Source: Alphaproteobacteria bacterium (lineage in GTDB: Bacteria; Pseudomonadota; Alphaproteobacteria; UBA8366). Taken from it: DNA of 64,000 bases. A program made the position numbers and the translations under genes. Shown in pieces: positions 1 through 7,619 of this stretch. Positions within the stretch are counted from its first letter, which is position 1. Each line of letters begins with the position of its first letter. The DNA lies in assembly GCA_028281325.1 (NCBI GenBank), contig JANQKC010000024.1:79474-143473 (forward strand). The letters are read 5' to 3'. Below the pieces are notes generated by a model that was given only the letters and a program-made list of their open reading frames with translations, did no database searches and was not told where the DNA came from.

Positions 1-2
1 CG

Positions 3-725
3 GTGAGGTCCGCGCATCGTCTCGCCGCGTCGATCCGCGCGCGGCTTCTGATCGTTTTCGGCATTCTCGTTGCGGCGGGGGCCGTGGCGGCGGACCCGTC
101 GGCGGCCATCGATGACGCCCTGAAACAAGCGGGCTGGACGCTCTTCAGCGATGATCGATGGCAGCCCGCGCAGTTCCGGCTCCGGCCCGACGGTGCGATC
201 GAGGTCCGCAGCGATAACAGCACGTCGCTGATCTGGAAGAAGGTCGACCAGAGGGACGTGCAGAAGACGCGGCTCGCCTGGGAATGGCGCGTCGACGAGA
301 TGATGCCGCCGACCGACATCACCGTGAAAGGCGGCGACGACCGACCCTTGGCATTGCATGTCTGGTTCATGAAGCCGCGCGATCAATTGAATTTCCTTGA
401 GCGCTTGCGGGCGGAATTCATAGAGCTTTGGGTCGGCCTGCCGGTGCATGGCCGCCTGCTGACCTATGTCTGGGGCGGCCGGGGGAAGATCGGCCATGCG
501 CAGCCGAACCCGCATGTCGGCGACGGCAGTTGGATGATCGTGCTGCGCGATGGCGACGCGCCGACCGGCGTCTGGTTCTCGGAAAGCCGCGATCTGGTGG
601 CGGATTACCGCGCCGCTTTCGGCGAGGACCCGCCGGACCGCGGCATCATCGCGCTGGCCGCCGATTCCGAGGATACGCAGACCCGCAGCCGCGCCGCTGT
701 CCGGGGCCTGCGGTTCCAACCCTGA
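3..725 (+). CDS. Secreted protein of unknown function (DUF3047-like); the N-terminus may be cut by the window edge
   Basis: 240-aa ORF with GTG start and N-terminal hydrophobic signal-like segment (LLIVFGILVAAGAVAA). Motifs WEWRV and LALHVWF resemble the DUF3047 family from memory. Confidence 0.4.
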   Translation: MRSAHRLAASIRARLLIVFGILVAAGAVAADPSAAIDDALKQAGWTLFSDDRWQPAQFRLRPDGAIEVRSDNSTSLIWKKVDQRDVQKTRLAWEWRVDEMMPPTDITVKGGDDRPLALHVWFMKPRDQLNFLERLRAEFIELWVGLPVHGRLLTYVWGGRGKIGHAQPNPHVGDGSWMIVLRDGDAPTGVWFSESRDLVADYRAAFGEDPPDRGIIALAADSEDTQTRSRAAVRGLRFQP

Positions 726-817
726 CTTTCCGTCCGGGCCGGTTTCCGCGCCTTGGGGTTGTTGGGGGCCGGCCGCATTTATGATACAAAACAGGCGTCT
801 AACCGAAGGGTTTTCGC

Positions 818-1771
818 ATGACTGACCATATGGATGGATTGGATTTCGCCGTCGCTCATGACGAGCCGATCCGATACCGCGATCGAATAAGTACCTATTA
901 TCAGACGCTTGGATACGGCAAGCCGTACCGCTGGGCGCAGTATGCCGACGTGCCGTTCACGCCGTTGCAACGGCCGCTGTCGGACAGCCGGGTCGCGCTG
1001 ATCACGACCGCCGCCCCCTACCAGCCCGACAAGGGCGATCAGGGGCCGGGCGCGCCGTATAACGCCGCCGCGAAGTTCTACCGCGTCTACTCGGACAGCA
1101 CCGACAGCGATCCGGACCTGCGGGTTTCCCATATCGGGATCGACCGCAAGCACACCACGGCCGAGGACATGAACACATGGTTCCCGCTCAAACAGCTTCG
1201 GCGGCTGGCGGCGGAAGGCCGGATCGGCGAGGTCGCGCCGCGCTTCCACGGCGCGCCGACCAACCGCAGCCAGAAGACGACGATCGAGCAGGATTGCGTC
1301 GATATCCTGGCGCGGGTGCGCGAGGACGAGGCCGACGTCGCGGTCATTGTCGCCAATTGACCGGTGTGTCACCAGACCGTGAGTCTGGTCGCACGGCATC
1401 TCGAAGCGAACGGCATCCCGACAATCGTCATGGGATGCGCCAAGGATATTGTCGAACACGCGGGCGTGCCGCGCTTCCTGTTCAGCGATTTTCCGCTCGG
1501 CAACGCCGCGGGGCGGCCGAACGACGTGGAGTCGCAGGCCTTCACGATGGAACTCGCCCTGACGGTGCTGGAAACCGCGCCGGGGCCGCGGACCACGGTG
1601 CAGTCGCCGCTGCGCTGGAGCGACAGTCCCGATTGGAAGCTGGATTTCAGCAACATCAGCCAGCTTTCCGACGAAGAGATCGCGCAGCGCAAGCGCGATT
1701 TCGACAAGGTCAAGGAAGTCGCCAAGGCGCGCCGCGCCGAAGACGGCTTGAAGGTCGACGCCGCCGAATAG
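818..1771 (+). CDS. Selenoprotein B family (glycine/sarcosine/betaine/D-proline reductase component B-like). In-frame TGA at 1358..1360 is read as selenocysteine (U-P-V-C)
   Basis: ORFs 818..1360 and 1364..1771 are in the same frame, separated only by TGA plus one codon. Both halves resemble GrdB/PrdB-family proteins (SRVALITTAAPY; GIPTIVMGCAKDIV). A hairpin follows the TGA immediately. Confidence 0.55.
1365..1395 (+). other. Putative bacterial SECIS hairpin. Stem is ACCAGAC/GTCTGGT (1371..1377 pairs 1383..1389) with loop CGTGA; it extends by a TGTGT/GCACG lower stem containing G-U pairs
   Basis: A perfect 7-bp inverted repeat with a 5-nt G/U-containing apical loop lies 18-22 nt downstream of the in-frame TGA. 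That distance is typical for SelB-binding elements. Confidence 0.4.
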
Positions 1772-1869
1772 CGGCGCATTTTACGTCATGAACCCGCCGC
1801 GCGCTTCCGATGGCGTGCGGCGGGTTTCCCCATCTCTGTAAACCTACCAAACGTAAAGAGACAAATGAC

Positions 1870-3078
1870 ATGAGTGCTGCGCTCCCCCTGGCTGGAATTC
1901 GGGTCCTCGATATCGGGCAGCTCATCGCGGGGCCGTTCGGCGCCACGATGCTCGGCGATTTCGGGGCCGAGGTGATCAAGGTGGAGCAGCCGGGCGTCGG
2001 CGACGCGTTGCGCGGCACGCCGGTGGACGGCAAGGCCAACCGCTCAACCAACTGGATGGTCGAAGGCCGCAACAAGAAATCGATCACTCTTAACCTGCGG
2101 GTCGATGCGGGGCAGGCGATCCTGAAGGAACTGGTGCGCGACGCCGACGTGCTGTTCGAGAATTTCACCCCCGGCACGCTGGAACGCTGGAACCTCGGGT
2201 GGGAAGACCTACGCGCCATCAATCCGAAACTGATCATGGTGCGCGTCTCCGGCTACGGGCAGGTCGGGCCGTATTCGAAACGCGCGGGCTATGACCGGAT
2301 CGCGCTCGGCTTCTCGGGCTACATGTATCCGACCGGCTTTCCCGACCGATTTCCGGTTCGGCCCGCTTTCCCGACGGCGGATTACAACACCGGCGCGTTC
2401 GGCGCGATGGCGGCGATGTTCGCGTTGTATCAGCGGGACGCCCAGCCGGACGGCGGCGAGGGGCAGATGATCGATCTGGCGCTGTACGAGCCGACCTTCC
2501 GCATCACCGCGAGCATGATGACCAACCACGCCAGGACCGGCGAGGTGCGCGAGCGCATCGGCAACCGCAACCCCACCTTCTCGCCCGCCGGCACCTTCGA
2601 AACCAAGGACGGCCGCTATGTGCAGATCGCCGCGGGCGGCGACAAGGTCTGGGCGCGCCTCGCCGAGGCGATCGGCCGGCCCGACCTAGTCGAGGACGAA
2701 CGCTACGCCCGCAGCCGCGCCCGGATCGAGCGCGCCGACGAATTGGAACAACTCCTGGCGGATTGGGTTGGGCAGCATGACTATTCGGAGGTCGAGGAGC
2801 GGCTGGTCCCCGCCAACGTGCCCTTCGGCGGGATCTACACGGCGGCGGACATCGCGGCCGATCCGCACTACGAGGCCCGCGACAACGTGATCACCGTGGC
2901 GGACGACGACGAAGGCGAGATCACCATGCCCGGCATCTTCCCGAAACTCGCCGCCACGCCGGGACGGGTGGACCATGCCGGCCCGCCGCTCGGCCAGCAC
3001 AACGCGGAAATCTATGGCGGCCTGCTGAAGAAGAGCGACGCCGAATTGGCCAAGCTGGCCGAGGACGGCGTGATCTGA
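1870..3078 (+). CDS. CoA-transferase family III (CaiB/BaiF-type)
   Basis: Strong family signature (GIRVLDIGQLIAGPFGATMLGDFGAEVIKVE ...). ATG at 1870 is preceded by aaagag. Confidence 0.8.
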   Translation: MSAALPLAGIRVLDIGQLIAGPFGATMLGDFGAEVIKVEQPGVGDALRGTPVDGKANRSTNWMVEGRNKKSITLNLRVDAGQAILKELVRDADVLFENFTPGTLERWNLGWEDLRAINPKLIMVRVSGYGQVGPYSKRAGYDRIALGFSGYMYPTGFPDRFPVRPAFPTADYNTGAFGAMAAMFALYQRDAQPDGGEGQMIDLALYEPTFRITASMMTNHARTGEVRERIGNRNPTFSPAGTFETKDGRYVQIAAGGDKVWARLAEAIGRPDLVEDERYARSRARIERADELEQLLADWVGQHDYSEVEERLVPANVPFGGIYTAADIAADPHYEARDNVITVADDDEGEITMPGIFPKLAATPGRVDHAGPPLGQHNAEIYGGLLKKSDAELAKLAEDGVI

Positions 3079-3098
3079 ACGGCCCGGCTATCGAAGGG

Positions 3099-3944
3099 AT
3101 GCCAACGATGAGCGAAGCGTCGGACATGGCCCTGCAGGCCGACCACGTCGAAGCGGAATTGAATTACATCGTGGACGATAGCATCCCGCCGGTCCGCTAT
3201 GTGGATTGGCCGGAAGAGGAACACAAGGCGCATATCCCGGAGTATGAGCCGCGCCGGGTCCGCATCCGTAACGGCCGCACGGCGGGCGAGGATTTCACCT
3301 TGCCGTCGCATGGGTTCCGGCTGGTGGACCATCCGACGAACGTAAAGAGTTTCCTCGACGAGGAGGAGATCAAGCGGGTGTACTACCCGGAGATCGAAGC
3401 GCTGATCCAAGCGGAGAGCGGGGCGCGCCGTGTTTTGGTATTCGACCACACGGTCCGCACGCCCGACACCGGCCAGCATGCGGAAGGGTGGGTGCGCGAC
3501 ACCGTCCGTTACGTTCACAACGACTATACCGAGACGTCAGCCCCGCAACGGGTGCGTGATTTCCTGCCGCCGGACGAAGCGGAAGAAGCATTGCGCCGCC
3601 GGTTCGCGATCATCCAGGTCTGGCGCTCGATCGCGCCGCGCGTGGAGTCCGAGCCGCTGGCCATGTGCGACGGGCGCACGATTCCCGAGGTCGGCTTCAT
3701 CCGCAACCAGCGGCGCTACCGCGACCGCACGGCGGAGACCTATCACATCGCCTACCACCCGGATCACCGCTGGTTCTACTTCCCGCTGATGACGCGGGAC
3801 GAGGCGATCGTGTTCAAGGTGTTCGACACGGACGCAAGCGCGGGCGTGCGCTTCACCGCGCACAGCGCCTTCGACGACCCAACCAGTCCGCCCGACGCCG
3901 CCATCCGGCAGAGCATCGAGATGCGGGCGCTGGCGTTCTTCTAG
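3099..3944 (+). CDS. CmcJ/NvfI-family oxidoreductase (7-alpha-cephem-methoxylase P8-chain-like)
   Basis: Motifs RVYYPE, VFDHTVR, HRWFYFP and ESIEMRALAFF match the CmcJ family as I recall it. An alternative start is at 3108. Confidence 0.55.
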   Translation: MPTMSEASDMALQADHVEAELNYIVDDSIPPVRYVDWPEEEHKAHIPEYEPRRVRIRNGRTAGEDFTLPSHGFRLVDHPTNVKSFLDEEEIKRVYYPEIEALIQAESGARRVLVFDHTVRTPDTGQHAEGWVRDTVRYVHNDYTETSAPQRVRDFLPPDEAEEALRRRFAIIQVWRSIAPRVESEPLAMCDGRTIPEVGFIRNQRRYRDRTAETYHIAYHPDHRWFYFPLMTRDEAIVFKVFDTDASAGVRFTAHSAFDDPTSPPDAAIRQSIEMRALAFF

Positions 3945-3947
3945 GGA

Positions 3948-4559
3948 TTACGCGCCCGAGGCGTTCGCCAGCGCGCGGTCGAGGAAGTCGAGCCGGTCCT
4001 GGCCCCAGAACAACTCGCCCTCGAAGACATAGGTCGGCGCGCCGAACACGCCGAGTTCTTCCACCTCGTCGGTGTTGCGCCGGTATTCCGCCACGACCGG
4101 GTCGCTCTTCTCGATGGCGATCAGCTCCGCGCCGTCCATGCCGTTCTCGTCGGCGATCGCCTTGCGGGTTTCCGGCAGCGCCACATTGCGTTCCTCCCAC
4201 CAGATGGCGCGCAGGATCGCATGCGACAGGCGCAGCGCGTCCAGCCCCAGCTGCTGCGCCGCGATCACCGTGTGGCCCGGCGTCTTGTTGTCCTTGGGCG
4301 GGTAGAAGCGTGGCTTCAGGTTCAGCGGCATGCCGAGATGTTTGCTCCAGCGCGCCAGCTCGACGCGGTGATAATCCTGGCGCGGCTGCGGCCTGGTCAG
4401 GATCGGGATGCCCCCGGTCTTCGGCGCGACCTCCTGGAAGTCATACGGCTTGAGGATGATCCGCGCGTGATGCCGCCGCGCGATCTCGACGATACGCGGC
4501 CCGGCGAAATACGCCCAGGGCGAGGAAAGGGAGTAGTAGCAGTCGACGGTGAGGGGCAT
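3948..4559 (-). CDS. 2-hydroxychromene-2-carboxylate isomerase family (DsbA-like thioredoxin fold)
   Basis: MPLTVDCYYSLSSPWAYF N-terminus and C-terminal GAPTYVFEGELFWGQDRLDFL match the family. The longer ORF to 4667 is probably an upstream extension. Confidence 0.7.
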   Translation of the reverse strand: MPLTVDCYYSLSSPWAYFAGPRIVEIARRHHARIILKPYDFQEVAPKTGGIPILTRPQPRQDYHRVELARWSKHLGMPLNLKPRFYPPKDNKTPGHTVIAAQQLGLDALRLSHAILRAIWWEERNVALPETRKAIADENGMDGAELIAIEKSDPVVAEYRRNTDEVEELGVFGAPTYVFEGELFWGQDRLDFLDRALANASGA

Positions 4560-4848
4560 AGTTGATCCGGAATTGGGTGGCGAGGATTTCATGATGGGGA
4601 AAAAGCGAATGAGAGGACAGTCGAATTTATTTGGCGCGCGCATGCGGGACGCCCCGATTACCTGCATCCCATGGCCACAGTTAGATGGTCTCCGGCACGC
4701 TATAATTTCGGCTGGTTGATGGCATTCGACCCAGTGCTTCCGGTGCGGCCATCGATGGCCAATACTCTGTTTACGTGTAAGGCTTTGGGTTTCAACTGGT
4801 TTTGGGCTTCGCTACGGTCACCATCCAAACTCCGCCGGGATTGGTAAA

Positions 4849-5889
4849 TTGAACGAAGAAATAACCGAAACATCACCGACAAGAACATCCAACGACCCGA
4901 TTTGGCCACCGCTGCCAGTCGGTCGAATAGACTGTTACTCTCGCTTGTGGCAACTAGAACTTTGGCTTCGCGAGCTTGTGTATGTGGAACTAAAGTCTCG
5001 ATACGGGGGTCAATGGACGCAGCAGATCGTTGGAGCCAGTATTTATGCCCAAAAGGCTGACAGAAGACTGACACATATGCCAACGCGAGAGCGGAGGCCG
5101 CTAAGTTACATCTCGTTTGATTCCCTGGTCAGGACAATAAGCAGACGTCGGCACCTATTTGCACCTTACCTCCCTATACGTTCGATCTGGGATGCCAAGC
5201 TAGATGAGGTGCGCCAAATCCGGAACCGTGTGGCCCACTTTCGACAGGGAAACGATGGGGATCTTCAGCGCGTCGATCAGCTATTAACTGATATTGACCC
5301 GGGGATTTGGCGCTTTTGCACCTCATACAATGATCATTTCCCAATTCTTCCTCCGAGTCGGGAGAAAGTTATAAAACAATTTATTGAACTGGATCCCTTC
5401 CCGTGGAGTCAGGTAGGTGACGGAGCATGGTCACGTGTCGGTATGGCCAGCCCCGATATGTTGTTAAGTGCGAATATTGAAGTGATTAGGCGACCGTGGC
5501 TTCGAGCGAAGTATCAAGGGCAAGTCGCCGGAAAATACGGATATCTTTTTGATATTAATATTCATGCAAGACAAAACAGGGTTTTCGAATATAAGAATTT
5601 TCTCAAAAACACTACTCATATTCACGATAGATGCTGCCATATTTTGCTCGATTCGTTCGGTACGACGATACGTGCGACATTGCCCTCCGTTTTGGGTGCT
5701 GCACAGATAACGGACACTGTTAACACGCTTATTGAGATGGGTAGGAGTGCGCTTAGACCGTCTCAAACTTTGCTGGAGATAAATAGGGTCGATTCATTAG
5801 CTAAAGACTGGCCCGAGTATGTCCTAGGTCCGGACCACCCGTTCTCTTTTCTCGGCCCAGATATGCCGTGCAAAATTTTCAGCATCTAA
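4849..5889 (+). CDS. HEPN-domain protein (Swt1-like, R-x4-H motif RNRVAH at 5221..5238) with an uncharacterised C-terminal half
   Basis: 346-aa ORF in the low-GC island with TTG start. It carries the canonical HEPN RNase motif R-N-R-V-A-H-F. The start codon is uncertain. Confidence 0.5.
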   Translation: MNEEITETSPTRTSNDPIWPPLPVGRIDCYSRLWQLELWLRELVYVELKSRYGGQWTQQIVGASIYAQKADRRLTHMPTRERRPLSYISFDSLVRTISRRRHLFAPYLPIRSIWDAKLDEVRQIRNRVAHFRQGNDGDLQRVDQLLTDIDPGIWRFCTSYNDHFPILPPSREKVIKQFIELDPFPWSQVGDGAWSRVGMASPDMLLSANIEVIRRPWLRAKYQGQVAGKYGYLFDINIHARQNRVFEYKNFLKNTTHIHDRCCHILLDSFGTTIRATLPSVLGAAQITDTVNTLIEMGRSALRPSQTLLEINRVDSLAKDWPEYVLGPDHPFSFLGPDMPCKIFSI

Positions 5890-6079
5890 GTGAATGCCGA
5901 TGTAATGATCAGCAGGCCGTTTTGGTGCTATTTCACTATGAAAAAATTGAATGCTGTAGCTGACCGAAAATTACGATGTCTTTGATAGTTGTTAGGACAA
6001 AGAAATTGTCTATTTGCAATAAGTTAAGGGTTGAGATGCAGTGTCATCCTGACTTGTATTGACCCGTAGATTCGACTGC

Positions 6080-6559
6080 TCACCTTAGGCCTGCCGCGTC
6101 CAACTGTCGTAGCAACAACGATGCGAGTGCTAGATGATCCAAGCAAGTGTCCGGATCGTCCGTCATTCCACTCGTATGCCCTCTCGGGTTTCGGATGCCC
6201 AGCATTGCGCCTGCGAACAAGAACTTGAAACCCTCTTGTTCATCCTTTTCAGACCTTGTCATCCCTGGATTTAGTGACACTTTTGGCGAACTTCCTCCGA
6301 GGGCGCTCATCATCAACTTGGTACCGTGGCTCGATGCTCCGGAGATACGCTGTATTTCTTCATCAACAAATTTGAAGGCCTCAAAAGTTGCTTGTGCACA
6401 GTGGCCATTATCAAATAGTCGCCTAACATCGTTCGGAAGGTCTGTATGGAGATTTCGCTCGTCAAAGGAATGTGCACTCGAGGGCCTGTCTACTCCCGCT
6501 TCAGTAAAGCGGTGCGCATTTCTTGCGATTCTTTCGAAGTCTTCGAAGTTACTCGCCAT
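6080..6559 (-). CDS. Hypoth_Ymh/TIGR02391-like HEPN protein (R-x4-H motif RNPRGH at 6176..6193)
   Basis: 159-aa ORF with the AMLGIRNPRGH motif. It overlaps the upstream gene by 11 nt, so they form an operon. Low GC. Confidence 0.5.
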   Translation of the reverse strand: MASNFEDFERIARNAHRFTEAGVDRPSSAHSFDERNLHTDLPNDVRRLFDNGHCAQATFEAFKFVDEEIQRISGASSHGTKLMMSALGGSSPKVSLNPGMTRSEKDEQEGFKFLFAGAMLGIRNPRGHTSGMTDDPDTCLDHLALASLLLRQLDAAGLR

Positions 6560-7226
6560 CGATTAGGTTTTTTCGAATACTTCGGAAGATCCTGTCATAT
6601 GTTTTTTGATCACCATCAGCCGGTAGGTTGACCTCTATACGAACAGTAAGTCCCACTCGGTGTTCTGGTTTCTCGGTTGTGCCAGTCGTATCTTTCTTTG
6701 ACTTCACAGATGCTGTGACCCGTTTCTTAGAGGATCTATCCGCACCCTTTTTCGATACCGGCCTGCGCTGATTGGTCTCTCGTGTTATTGGTACTTCCGC
6801 GTGACCTGAAAGTGCAGCGAGGTAGGTGAAAGTCCCAGCCTGTCTGGTTCCAACAATCTCGCTCGAATGATCTGAAGTGCGGAAGAACTGAGCTAAACTC
6901 GATCGATCCATATTCCACGCGTCGTCACCATGTAATTCAAATAGTTCCTCGTAAGCGGTCCGCACAATTTTCTCGAACTCTTTCTGAAACTCCTCGTCCT
7001 TGTGTTGAATGAAAGCGTTCGCGCATTCATCAACCTTCCTGCCTTCCTCATCAACAATGCCGAGGAATTTCAGCACATTGATGACGTAGCTTTCATTCTT
7101 CGGTGCCACGCCAAGCTTGCGAAGGGTTTCAGCTGTCACCTCTTGGGGAAAACTTCGACGCCGAAGGTGGTCGATCGTCTTTACCAGAGGGCCTGCGGAA
7201 GCTACGTACGGATACTTGTTTGCCAT
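6549..7226 (-). CDS. DUF5343-like protein, upstream partner of the HEPN gene
   Basis: N-terminus MANKYPYVASAGPLVKTI...FPQEVTAETLRKLG resembles DUF5343 from memory. The C-terminal half is a Lys/Ser/Thr-rich low-complexity tail. Confidence 0.45.
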   Translation of the reverse strand: MANKYPYVASAGPLVKTIDHLRRRSFPQEVTAETLRKLGVAPKNESYVINVLKFLGIVDEEGRKVDECANAFIQHKDEEFQKEFEKIVRTAYEELFELHGDDAWNMDRSSLAQFFRTSDHSSEIVGTRQAGTFTYLAALSGHAEVPITRETNQRRPVSKKGADRSSKKRVTASVKSKKDTTGTTEKPEHRVGLTVRIEVNLPADGDQKTYDRIFRSIRKNLIDGE

Positions 7227-7619
7227 TATACGCTTCGCCTCTATCTAGCACCCATGCTTCGTGTGTTTAGGCAGCCGAACATAGGTAGTATTGTAACATT
7301 ATAAGATTTACTCTCTTTTTGATTGCATAACTCAATTTTAGGCAGAGTGACAAATCCAATCTACTATTTTTAATGTGTAATCAAAGCTCTATGGACGATA
7401 CGGAAAATTAGTGTTGACGATCAGCATATTTGAATCGATAGAAATCTAATAATTACAATATGTTAATAGTAATTCTTAGTTGTATATTTGCTTATTTATC
7501 GGTCGACCTAGCAGATTTTGAAATCGCATTCTCCGAGATTCTCTGCACTATTTGCAGCGACACCGAATCACTAGAACGCTAAATTTCGCACAACAATAGA
7601 CACTTCTGGGTGGGGAAGA

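Noticed and set aside
1364-1771. Treating 1364..1771 as an independent 135-aa gene with a GTG start
   Set aside because: It has no SD, lies in frame with the upstream ORF across a single TGA, and corresponds to the C-terminal part of the selenoprotein B family. It is better explained as Sec readthrough.
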